IMG/VR virus record: IMGVR_UViG_3300037423_000603
Direction: 5' to 3' (one strand)
Origin: a virus
Length of the DNA: 64,000 nt
The notes under the pieces: generated by a model
Seen by the model: the letters and a program-made list of their open reading frames with translations, nothing else
The model's database searches: none
What the model was told of the DNA's origin: nothing
Shown here: positions 27,769-36,956 of the stretch, piece after piece
How positions within the stretch are numbered: position 1 is the stretch's first letter
Layout of the letters: every line of letters starts with the position of its first letter
Program-made: the position numbers and the translations under genes

Positions 27769-30390
27769 ATGACCGATCTGGCCACGCTTGGCATTGCCGT
27801 TGACAGCAAGGGTGCGGTTTCCGCTACCTCTGACCTCGACAGGCTGACGGCTTCGGCCGCGAAGGCTGAGCAGGCGACGAAATCGCTCGAAGCCTCAACT
27901 ACCAAAGCAGGCACTGCGACAGCGCAAATGGGCAAGAATGTTGCCCAGGCGCTCTCCGAGTATGACAAGCTGGGCGCAGTCGAAAAAGAACTTGCCACCC
28001 AGGCCAATACACTCGGCAAAGTGGCGACTGCCACGGGGACGGTAACCGCGGCATCACGGCTTGGTGCGGCACAGATGATGTCGCTGAGCCATTCGGCACG
28101 TTCGGCAGCCGAAAGCCTCCTGATCGGCGCCTCTCCTCTTCAGGCGTTCGCACAACAGGCCAACCATCTTTCATTCGCCCTGTCTGGTCCGCAGGGTCTT
28201 ATTGCCGCCACGGCAGCGTCGAGGGCGGCTTTCGTTGGCTGGCTCGCATCAACACCAGGCCTGATTACAACGGCCGGCGTTGGGGCTGTTGCAGCCGTTG
28301 CCGCGTACTTGCTCGCCACCCGCGAAGATATTAAGTCCGTCGATGAAATCCTTGAGGGCCACAAGGCACTTATTGAGGAGATCGCTGGCGCCTACCCAAA
28401 GGCCGAAGAGGCGCTCAAGCATTACGAGGCTGAGGCCAAGAAGCTGCCACAATCCGTCGTGGTGGCCGACATTGCAAAGAATGTAAGCGACGCCCAAAAG
28501 ACGCTAAGTTCGCTCTTGGATGGCCTTCGTATTGACCTGAGCGTCATCGGCGGCGATTTCGGCGTCATGGGCGCGGCAGGGTCGGAAGCATTCTCAAAGC
28601 TTTCGGCCGGCATCAAAGACGGGTCTGTCAATGCTGAAGCACTTCAGGATGCGCTCGGCAAGCTTCGCATTGATCCCAACCTTAGCGACTTTGCAAAAGA
28701 GTTTGCTGCCAGTCTGCAGGATAGAGCCAACGATGCAGCGAAAGCTGCAAAAGTCATTGCTTCGGAATCCGGCCTGAAAGATGTCATCGTTGACGGCAAG
28801 CAGGTCGAAAAGACCCTTTCCGAGATCGCCGCTGGCTTCAAGGATGTCGGCTCCAAGGCAGGGGATGCCGACTCGATCATCGCTAAACTGTTCGGGGGCG
28901 TAAACACGAACGTCAGCACTTCAGCGCTGGGCAAGATGTCGGCCTCCATCGAGGCATCCGTAGGTCAGTTCGGTCGTGTCGATGATGTTTTCAAAAAAGT
29001 GAGGCAGGATCAGCTAAGCGGCATCCTCGAACTTGAACAGAAATATCGGGATGCAACCAAAAGCGTCGAGACGTGGAGCAAGGCCCTCGAAACCGCAGGC
29101 GGCAAGGAAAACATCAACGAGATTTTTGGGGATGTGTCCGGTATCAAGGGCGCCAATGAAGCCATCCAAGACGCAATCTCGACGGTCAACAAACTCTTCG
29201 ATGCGCTGAACAGCGGTGGCGCGTCGGCAAGCACTGTAGCCAGCGGTCTCGACATGATCCGCCAAACTTTGATCCAGAACGGTCTTGGCGTCGATCAGGT
29301 CAACAAGTTTATCAACAGCCTCATCCTTGCACGTCAGCAGATGGATGCAGGTTCGGCTGATGCGGCCAAGCTCAATCGGGCAATCCAGGCGATCAAGAAT
29401 CGTACCGTGACGATTACCGTCGTCACCCGCAGGGTGGGTTCTGGCACTCAGTCACTCTATGATGTGCCGAATGGTTCTGGCGGCACGTCCACGGTCGGCG
29501 TGACGCGCTACGGAGGCGATGATGAGACTTCCGGCCCATCGATTACTTCAAACAGCGTTCCGCGCACGTCTGGCTATGGCTCAATGGGCGGTTCGGGCGA
29601 TCTTGGGTCGACGAATGTCAACGTCACCCGTTTCGCCACCGGCGGCATGATCCATCCCGGCGATACGCAGCGCGTATCGTTCTTCAAGAGCCCGGATGAG
29701 ACGGTCGGCATCTTCACGCCACAGCAGATGAATGCTCTTGCTGGTGGCGCTCAATCTCTTGGCACAACCGACACGTCGGCTACCGACAAACTGTCGATGG
29801 CCATCACAGACACGGCGGCCAACACAAAGAAAACCGCGCAGATTCTCGACGATATCAAGACCAGCTCGGCCAGCGCATCGTCTGCCTTTGGTGGCTCGTC
29901 CTATGGCGACCCGTCTTCTGACGTCGACACCAGCCAGCAGGCGCAGCTTTCCGCGCAATACGCGCAGGTGCTGAAGCAGGTCCAGGCGAACTTCCAGGCG
30001 GCTGGAATCATCGGGCGCGGCATCATCGGCTATGGGCTGGATGGCCTCGCGGCAACCCCTCAAGAGATCGCCCGCAATATCGTCTATGGTGGATCTCATC
30101 CTACGATGGGCTTTGCATCCGGCGGCATGATCGGCGGGGATGCTGGCGACACGCAAAAGGTCGAGTTCTTCAAGAATCCGAATGAGCGCGTCATCATCGC
30201 AAGGCCGGATCAGTTCGAGGATGTCCGCTCGCAGACCTCGACTATCGCAGTCGACCAGCGACCGATCGTCTTCCACATGCCGATCACGGTTCAAGCTAAC
30301 GCCCAGGTCAGCAACGACAGCATTGCAGAGATGAAGCGCCAGTTCGCCCTTCAACTGCGCGAAGGTTTGAGGTCGATCAATGGTCGATAA
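27769..30390 (+). CDS. Tape measure protein
   Basis: 873 aa, Ala-rich; MTDLATLGIAVDS start; FATGG/FASGG motifs. Confidence 0.92.
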   Translation: MTDLATLGIAVDSKGAVSATSDLDRLTASAAKAEQATKSLEASTTKAGTATAQMGKNVAQALSEYDKLGAVEKELATQANTLGKVATATGTVTAASRLGAAQMMSLSHSARSAAESLLIGASPLQAFAQQANHLSFALSGPQGLIAATAASRAAFVGWLASTPGLITTAGVGAVAAVAAYLLATREDIKSVDEILEGHKALIEEIAGAYPKAEEALKHYEAEAKKLPQSVVVADIAKNVSDAQKTLSSLLDGLRIDLSVIGGDFGVMGAAGSEAFSKLSAGIKDGSVNAEALQDALGKLRIDPNLSDFAKEFAASLQDRANDAAKAAKVIASESGLKDVIVDGKQVEKTLSEIAAGFKDVGSKAGDADSIIAKLFGGVNTNVSTSALGKMSASIEASVGQFGRVDDVFKKVRQDQLSGILELEQKYRDATKSVETWSKALETAGGKENINEIFGDVSGIKGANEAIQDAISTVNKLFDALNSGGASASTVASGLDMIRQTLIQNGLGVDQVNKFINSLILARQQMDAGSADAAKLNRAIQAIKNRTVTITVVTRRVGSGTQSLYDVPNGSGGTSTVGVTRYGGDDETSGPSITSNSVPRTSGYGSMGGSGDLGSTNVNVTRFATGGMIHPGDTQRVSFFKSPDETVGIFTPQQMNALAGGAQSLGTTDTSATDKLSMAITDTAANTKKTAQILDDIKTSSASASSAFGGSSYGDPSSDVDTSQQAQLSAQYAQVLKQVQANFQAAGIIGRGIIGYGLDGLAATPQEIARNIVYGGSHPTMGFASGGMIGGDAGDTQKVEFFKNPNERVIIARPDQFEDVRSQTSTIAVDQRPIVFHMPITVQANAQVSNDSIAEMKRQFALQLREGLRSINGR

Positions 30391-30583
30391 ATTGCTGGCG
30401 CGGCTGCGCACGATCTTTTCTCGCAAGCCGCGCGTGCCGGGGCCCTTTGCCACTGGTGGGATGATCTATCCAGCCACCGTTGTTGTGAATGTGCAGACGA
30501 TGCCGCCTGAAAAGATGGCCGAGATGCGCCGGCAAGTCGAGATCGCCGTGCGGGACTCGTTGAGGTCCATCAATGGCCGTTGA
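30380..30583 (+). CDS. Mini-paralogue of the tape measure C-terminus
   Basis: FATGGMI motif and the same ...LRSINGR end as the TMP. Confidence 0.55.
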   Translation: MVDKLLARLRTIFSRKPRVPGPFATGGMIYPATVVVNVQTMPPEKMAEMRRQVEIAVRDSLRSINGR

Positions 30584-31181
30584 TAACCTCATCATGCCGG
30601 AAACCGTATCTGTCGGGTTCAGGGGCGGCCCAACCTTCTCGACCGATAAGGTCGTGGCGGTAAACATGCAGGAGCGTCGACTGCAGAATCTGTCGAAGGT
30701 TCGCCATGTTTATTCATGGAACTTGCAGTATGCCGATATTGAACTTACGGACCAGTTGAGGGCGTTCTGGTACGATCGGAGAGGGGATTTCAAAGCCTTC
30801 TTGATGAAGGACTGGACGGATTTCCGGGCCGTTGGGCAATCGCTTGGCCTCGGGGACGGGTCGCAGACGACGTTCCCCTTCAGCAAGACCTATTCGGCTG
30901 GAAATAATCCTTACGTGCGGCTTCTGCCATATGTGAAGGCTGCGACAGTGGTTGTTTACATCGATGGCCACGAGGCCGATGCAAGCTCATGGTCGATCGT
31001 CGGTGGCGCTGTTGAATTCCTCTCAGGTAATGCGCCATCGCTTGGCGAAGAGGTAACCGCCGATTTCGAGTTCTATGTTCCCGTGCGTTTTGATGGCGAC
31101 GCATTCTCGGCCTCGCTCCCGGTGCAAAATGAGAACGTTGTAGACCTGTCAGACCTCAAGGCAATCGAGGTCATTCCTTGA
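30573..31181 (+). CDS. Distal tail protein, DUF2460/TIGR02217-like
   Basis: FRGGPTFST, FLMKDWTD, VTADFEFYVPVRFD. Confidence 0.85.
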   Translation: MAVDNLIMPETVSVGFRGGPTFSTDKVVAVNMQERRLQNLSKVRHVYSWNLQYADIELTDQLRAFWYDRRGDFKAFLMKDWTDFRAVGQSLGLGDGSQTTFPFSKTYSAGNNPYVRLLPYVKAATVVVYIDGHEADASSWSIVGGAVEFLSGNAPSLGEEVTADFEFYVPVRFDGDAFSASLPVQNENVVDLSDLKAIEVIP

Positions 31182-32017
31182 GCCGGGATTGGTCGCCGAC
31201 ACTGGTCTCCGAGCTTCAAAGCCTGGAGGTGGGCCGCTGTTTCCTCATTAAGCTAGTGAGCCCGATAAAGGGCACTGTGCTGATGACGGACGCCGATGTC
31301 GATAAGACCGTCTCGGCCGAGACCTTCGTCAAGTCGCCCGGCTTCACCGTGACCAAATGGACCGTCGCCAACGGCGGGCGCCCGGCCGGCATCGATCTGA
31401 CGCTGCCCTTCGATGACATTGGGCCTCTCCTTGCCGATGATATCAAGCGCGGCGCATGGCGGGGGGCTACCATCACCTGCTGGGTGGCGCGATCCGCGGA
31501 TCCATCAGATCGAGAGATCATCGTCGACGGCTTCATCGGCAACACGCAGTTCACCGATCGCATCACCGGCTCGATCGAGATCACGACCAAGGCTGACGCC
31601 ATGGCCGATATCTTCCTCTTCACCATCCAGCCGATGTGCTCATTCAAGTTCGGCGGCACGGAATGCGGCGTCGATCTCGCTCCCCTGACGCTCACCGCGA
31701 CCGTTGCGAGCGTCACTGATACCGGGAAATTCACCATCGCCGTGACCAACCCGAGCAATTTCGATTTCACGCATGGCAAGGTGACCTTCACCTCCGGCGC
31801 GAACGATGGCTACGAGGATTGGGCCAGGAACTGGACGGCCGGAACCTCGCTGGTCGATCTGGTCAACGGGACGCCCTTCGATATCGCGATCGGCGACACC
31901 GTCACCATCAGCGCCGGCTGCGATCTGACGCGCAACGGCGGCTGTAAGAAATACAACAACCTCAACCGCTTCCCGGGTCAGGATTATACCCCGGCCGAAT
32001 TGTCGAGCGCCGCCTGA
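31178..32017 (+). CDS. Baseplate hub protein, DUF2163/BR0599-like
   Basis: CSFKFGGTECGVD, ISAGCD..C.KYNNLNRFPG. Confidence 0.85.
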   Translation: MSRDWSPTLVSELQSLEVGRCFLIKLVSPIKGTVLMTDADVDKTVSAETFVKSPGFTVTKWTVANGGRPAGIDLTLPFDDIGPLLADDIKRGAWRGATITCWVARSADPSDREIIVDGFIGNTQFTDRITGSIEITTKADAMADIFLFTIQPMCSFKFGGTECGVDLAPLTLTATVASVTDTGKFTIAVTNPSNFDFTHGKVTFTSGANDGYEDWARNWTAGTSLVDLVNGTPFDIAIGDTVTISAGCDLTRNGGCKKYNNLNRFPGQDYTPAELSSAA

Positions 32018-35000
32018 TGGCCTACACCTCCGTCGGCGCGCGGCCGTTCTTTCATCTTGGCCCGATCAGCCAGGACGCCACCAAGCAGCCCGATCCGGTT
32101 TCTGCGACGTCGCCATATTCCTTCACGTCCGTGCTCGGGCGCCAGATTCCGATCGTCATCGGCACCGGCAAGGTCGACGGCAACCCGGTGATCGGCGGCT
32201 CGGTCACCTCGCGCGTCATCACGGGCTACACGCAATATCCGAACTCGGTTTCTGGCGCGAAAGCGGCCGGCGGCTCCGGCTTCGACAGGGCCTTGGACAG
32301 TTGGCCGCCGGGCAGCAAATACACCACGGGAGACGCCCTCAGCCCGACCGTCGATGTTCCTGTCTATGGCACCTCGGTCGGGGCGCAGATCGGCTATCTG
32401 CTGGCCTACGACCCGTTCAATCTGGGCTACATCCTGGTCCGGCTCGAGGTGAATGATGAGGTCGTCTACGACGCCGAGAACGGGATTGGCGCCACGACCA
32501 CCTTCCGCTTCTATGGCGGGCAGCACACCGCGATTGATCCAATAGCGTCCGCCGCCATCGGCGCCAATGCCGGCGCCTGGCAGAACTTCGCCATGGTCTA
32601 TCTCGACGGTTTCGCGGCCTCGAGCCCGCCGACCGTCAAGGCGGTGATTTCGAATGCCTCGACGATGACGCCACCAAGCGGCGAGATCGTCTGGACCGGC
32701 CCGGCGCCGAGTGGCGTGATGAATGCCTTTCCGAATGGCTCTGCCTACGATCCGGCGGAAGATGTCATCTACCAGATCCTTGAACCGACCGACATTCCGG
32801 GCCTGACGCAGATTTATCTCGCCGTGCTCGACGTGGCGACGCGCACGGAGCGCTACCGCGTACCATTGGAAGGATCGGAGCCATATCTCACCACTGAGGG
32901 CTACCAGCTTAGCCGAGCGATAGCGATGCCGGGCACGGGACTGCTCCTCGCTCAGCTTTATGGCGCCACATCGCGCCTTTCCGGCATCTACGATAGCGCC
33001 ACCGGTCATCTGCTCGCTTCCTGGGCAGACACGGTGAACATGACTTGGACGAATGCTCAGGCGTTCGGGAATCTATGGCTCTTCATTGGCGGCAACTTCG
33101 ACGCAGGCACCCTGGCAACAGGCGTATACGACACGACTGCGGGTACATTTGACGTCGACCCCGAAGGCGCGGCGGGCCGCAACATCGTCGCCAACGGCCG
33201 GCGCACTACGGGCGCTTCGTCATTCTTCACCATCGATTCCCGTTTAGACGACACCGCCGATGTGTATGAGTTGAAATACGACGGCAGCGCGTGGACATCG
33301 ACGTTTCTGTTGTCGCTGGCCGGCGATTCACCGACGGTGGACGTGCTCTGGTTCGATACGCAGACCGGCTATCTGGTGATCCTGCAGCGTTCCGACCCGG
33401 AAGAGTTCAAATACGTAAATCCCGACACCGGCGCGGTCGTCGATTCCTTCACCATCGCGACTGGCGCAGGCGGTTCCAACACGGCGATCGGCGGCCACAA
33501 CGGGCGCCTCGTCAGCCGTCCGGGCTATGTGCTGATGTTGGCTTGGACCGATGCATCCCACTACGACATCCGCCTGCTCGATATCGTTGGGAAGTCGATC
33601 TCGACCTTCGCCTCCGGTCTTTCGGCAGACGATGACCTGCGCCGGGAACTGGTGATCGCCGACCAGGCCAAGGGCCAATACATCACGGCCATCGGCGAAT
33701 ACGTCTGGACCGTCCATCAGCAACAGAACGTGGTGCCGGGCGCGATCACGCTGCAGAGCCTCATCACCAAGACGATGTTCCTGGCGGGCTATTCCTCGGG
33801 CGAATTGACCTTCTCCGGCTTCGATGGGCTCACCGCCTACGGCTTCGTCATCGACCAGGACACCAATGTCAGGACGGTGCTCCAGTCGATTGCCGACATC
33901 TACACCTTTTCCTTCGCCGACACGGGCAACGGCTTCTATTTCAAGAAGCCGGGGCGCGATGACAATTTCCTGATCGATGATGCGATCACCACCGCCGATC
34001 TGGTCTATGTCGATGCCGACGGCTCGGTGAAGAGCAAGGACGACGCCACGATCCGCAGCGTCTCGCGCGTCGAGTTGCAATATATCTCGAAGGACCAGGG
34101 CTACGTCTCGCGGCCCGCTTCCTTCTCCATGCCGGCCATCAACAATTCCATCCGCACAGAGCGCTATTCGACGCCGCTGGTGATGACCGATCAGGACGCG
34201 CAGACCTTCGTCACGGAGAAATTCTTCGATCTGCAGGCCAAGCGTCGCAACCACACGTTTTCGGTCACCGGCAAGCCGACTTATCTTCCCGGTGATGTGG
34301 TGACGGTGCCCTCGGGCGATGTTTCCTATGCCGTCCAGATCGATAGCGTCGGCACCGATCGCAACTTCACGGCGGAGATCGCCGCGCTCGACTTCCAGAC
34401 GAGGGTATCGACCATCGTCACGTCGGTCACCGGACCGGACGTTTCGGCTGTCAGCCAGGCCACGCAGTACATCCACCTCGATCTGCCGCTGGTCAGCTAT
34501 GCAGACGACCTCGCAGGCCTTGGCCTTTGCCAATATGGAATCCTGGCCGGCAGGGGACAGGCGAACTGGTCCGGCGGCCTCCTGCTCATGGGCTCGGCGG
34601 TGGACGCTCTCGCGCAGGCCTTCACGCAGGCACCGCACCAAGGCGTCGTCGCGACCTGCATCACGCAGTTGAATGGCCCGGTCGATCCCTTCGCGACCGA
34701 CGATGCCTCGACCGTCACCATCCGCAGAACGGCCGGTAGCGTCGCGCTCCTCGTCGACAAGACGGAAGCCGAAGTGTTGGCCGGCGCAAACCTTGCCTTC
34801 ATCGGCAGGGCGGGGCGCTGGGAAGGTGTCGGCTACAAGACCGTCACCGACAATGGTGACAACACCTACACGCTGTCCGGCTTCACCGTGCGAGGGTATC
34901 ACGGCTCGGAGGTTTACGCCTATTCGCATGAGGTCGGCGACATCTTCGTAATGATTGACGCGGCTTGGCTACATGTTATGGCGCTGCCGCTCACGGATCT

Positions 35001-35469
35001 CGGCGAGACCAAGTATTTCGAGGCGGTGGGCGCGGGGCAAAGCCCGACATCTGGCGCCATCGTTCCTAACGTGATCCGTGGTTTCGCCGAGACGCCATAC
35101 GCCTGCGTCAATCTCAATGCCGTGGTCGGATCGCCGGATGGTATCGATCTCTCCTGGGACTATCGTTCCAGGCTGGCTTCTGGCCTCAACCCGGCGAATT
35201 TTGGAGAGGCAACGCTTTCGTTCGAAATCGACATCATCGACACCGACGGCACCACGGTGAAGCGGACTCTGACATCAACGACCAATTCGAAGCATTACGA
35301 TAGCGCCGACGTGGTGACAGATTTCGGCTCTGATCCGCCGGATGAGCTTTTCTTCGACGTCTATATGATGAGCGCGGTCGTCGGGCGTGGTTATAGGGCG
35401 CGCCATCACGTCTATTTCACGGGGGGCGGCACGCCTCTTGGCCTTCTCCTCGCACTGACAAGGGCTTGA
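32017..35469 (+). CDS. Large tail tip/host-specificity protein (GTA-like phage tail protein)
   Basis: 1150 aa; GRQIPIVIG start, YLPGDVVTV, RGYHGSE, C-terminal ISWDYRSR-like segment. Confidence 0.85.
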   Translation: MAYTSVGARPFFHLGPISQDATKQPDPVSATSPYSFTSVLGRQIPIVIGTGKVDGNPVIGGSVTSRVITGYTQYPNSVSGAKAAGGSGFDRALDSWPPGSKYTTGDALSPTVDVPVYGTSVGAQIGYLLAYDPFNLGYILVRLEVNDEVVYDAENGIGATTTFRFYGGQHTAIDPIASAAIGANAGAWQNFAMVYLDGFAASSPPTVKAVISNASTMTPPSGEIVWTGPAPSGVMNAFPNGSAYDPAEDVIYQILEPTDIPGLTQIYLAVLDVATRTERYRVPLEGSEPYLTTEGYQLSRAIAMPGTGLLLAQLYGATSRLSGIYDSATGHLLASWADTVNMTWTNAQAFGNLWLFIGGNFDAGTLATGVYDTTAGTFDVDPEGAAGRNIVANGRRTTGASSFFTIDSRLDDTADVYELKYDGSAWTSTFLLSLAGDSPTVDVLWFDTQTGYLVILQRSDPEEFKYVNPDTGAVVDSFTIATGAGGSNTAIGGHNGRLVSRPGYVLMLAWTDASHYDIRLLDIVGKSISTFASGLSADDDLRRELVIADQAKGQYITAIGEYVWTVHQQQNVVPGAITLQSLITKTMFLAGYSSGELTFSGFDGLTAYGFVIDQDTNVRTVLQSIADIYTFSFADTGNGFYFKKPGRDDNFLIDDAITTADLVYVDADGSVKSKDDATIRSVSRVELQYISKDQGYVSRPASFSMPAINNSIRTERYSTPLVMTDQDAQTFVTEKFFDLQAKRRNHTFSVTGKPTYLPGDVVTVPSGDVSYAVQIDSVGTDRNFTAEIAALDFQTRVSTIVTSVTGPDVSAVSQATQYIHLDLPLVSYADDLAGLGLCQYGILAGRGQANWSGGLLLMGSAVDALAQAFTQAPHQGVVATCITQLNGPVDPFATDDASTVTIRRTAGSVALLVDKTEAEVLAGANLAFIGRAGRWEGVGYKTVTDNGDNTYTLSGFTVRGYHGSEVYAYSHEVGDIFVMIDAAWLHVMALPLTDLGETKYFEAVGAGQSPTSGAIVPNVIRGFAETPYACVNLNAVVGSPDGIDLSWDYRSRLASGLNPANFGEATLSFEIDIIDTDGTTVKRTLTSTTNSKHYDSADVVTDFGSDPPDELFFDVYMMSAVVGRGYRARHHVYFTGGGTPLGLLLALTRA

Positions 35470-35473
35470 TCTC

Positions 35474-35983
35474 ATGGCAGACAACATCGATGTGACGCCA
35501 GGCACCGGCAAAACCATTTCGGCAGATGACATCGGCGGCGGCCTCCTCGTCCAGCGCGTCAAGGCGACATGGGGTCCAGACGGCACCGCCAATGATGTGG
35601 ACACCGCCTCCGGAAAGGCGCTTCCGGTGGCACTGCGCGGCAGCGACGGCACCGACCGCTCAAGCTCGCTCAAGGCGCTCACCGATCTCGGCGCCGGAGA
35701 ATATGAGACGGTGGCAGCATCGGTCACCGCGCAAACTCTAGGCGCTACCGGTGCCGCCGGCGACTTCATCAGTCATATCCTGGTGATTCCGGCCTCGCTC
35801 GATGCTGGAGCTGTCGCGCTCTTGGATGGCGCGACCTCGATCACGGTTTTTGCCGGCGGCACCGCCAGCCTTTCCAATCTGGTTCCTTTCGTCATCCCGC
35901 TCGGGATGATCAGCGTATCAGGTGCATGGAAGATTACCACCGGCGCTGATGTGAGCTGCATCGGCGTGGGCAATTTCCTATGA
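35474..35983 (+). CDS. Tail-associated hypothetical protein
   Basis: MADNIDVTPGTGKTISADDI.. motif; position. Confidence 0.7.
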   Translation: MADNIDVTPGTGKTISADDIGGGLLVQRVKATWGPDGTANDVDTASGKALPVALRGSDGTDRSSSLKALTDLGAGEYETVAASVTAQTLGATGAAGDFISHILVIPASLDAGAVALLDGATSITVFAGGTASLSNLVPFVIPLGMISVSGAWKITTGADVSCIGVGNFL

Positions 35984-36657
35984 TGTTCTATCTTCGCAAG
36001 GGCTTCTGGTCTTCGGTCGCAGCGCTCTCGCCGCCGTCCGGCTTTGTCCCGCCGGCTGGCTTCGATTGGAGCCTCGATTATCTAAGCGAGATCTACACAA
36101 ACAACGGCTCCCCGGTGGCGATTGCCGACATCATCGACAAGCCGTCGCGCGTCGGGGCTAGCGGCCTCGAAATCCTCGATAACGATGTTGATGGCGTCGT
36201 AGATTCCCTCGGCGATTACCTGGCCGCCTATCAGACGATGAATTGGACCACCACTATCGAGTGGGAGGAACTGACCACCGACGGTGCCACCTATCTGCTC
36301 TATCTCGTCGATGCGGGCCTAAGCCAGTCTTTGGTGATAGAACGCAGCACGGCGTTCACCGGGTTGCGCGTCGACGCCCATGAGTCGAGCTTTGTCATCC
36401 GCAATGTTGAGATCGACACCTCGCATGGGCCGGGTGTGCATAAAATTGCGGTTACACGCACCAATGACCGGCTCAGTTTCTCATGCGATGGCAGCTCGGT
36501 CGTTAACGACACGATGGCAAACACCACGATGAATCCGATGGCCACCGCGTCGTTCGGCGGCGATCCTAATGATCAATCCTACAATGGAACATTCATCCGA
36601 AAGGTAACGCTGACCGCGCCCGTCGACGATGCCGTTCTGCCAACGCTCTCGGCTTAA
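35980..36657 (+). CDS. Putative receptor-binding protein with LamG/concanavalin-like beta-sandwich
   Basis: HKIAVTR..LSFSCDGSSV, FIRKVT, typical lectin-like pattern. Confidence 0.55.
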   Translation: MMFYLRKGFWSSVAALSPPSGFVPPAGFDWSLDYLSEIYTNNGSPVAIADIIDKPSRVGASGLEILDNDVDGVVDSLGDYLAAYQTMNWTTTIEWEELTTDGATYLLYLVDAGLSQSLVIERSTAFTGLRVDAHESSFVIRNVEIDTSHGPGVHKIAVTRTNDRLSFSCDGSSVVNDTMANTTMNPMATASFGGDPNDQSYNGTFIRKVTLTAPVDDAVLPTLSA

Positions 36658-36956
36658 TTGCCGCAGTCCTTGATCGCCTTGGCAAAGGCCTCAAGCGATG
36701 CCTTGTAGACACGCAGCGCCGATTCCGCGCCGATCCTGGCGTCGTCGAGATCGCCGGCTTCATCCTTGGCGCTGTCCGGCATGACAGCCATGGCGGCGCG
36801 GAAGGCGTCGCCCTTCATGGTGAGAAGGGTTTCCTCGAGCCTATCCGCCGCCGAGGCCGCAGATTCGCTCAAGGCGTTGCAGCCGACCGGCGACATTTCC
36901 TCCGCCGAAGCCGGCAGGACAAAGGTGATCGCGCAAATGGTCAACGCCTTCATCAT
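36654..36956 (-). CDS. Small secreted helical protein (moron)
   Basis: Signal peptide MMKALTICAITFVLPASA; two Cys; coupled to tadG. Confidence 0.7.
   Translation of the reverse strand: MMKALTICAITFVLPASAEEMSPVGCNALSESAASAADRLEETLLTMKGDAFRAAMAVMPDSAKDEAGDLDDARIGAESALRVYKASLEAFAKAIKDCGN

Noticed and set aside
31984-34929. Long minus-strand ORFs 31984..33009 and 33328..34929
   Set aside because: Shadow frames of the GC-rich tail gene with Arg/Gly-rich, non-protein-like composition.
12083-36657. Gene transfer agent cluster
   Set aside because: The tail-tip genes are GTA-like, but the region sits in a complete temperate phage with repressor, lysis genes and a PBSX-type terminase.
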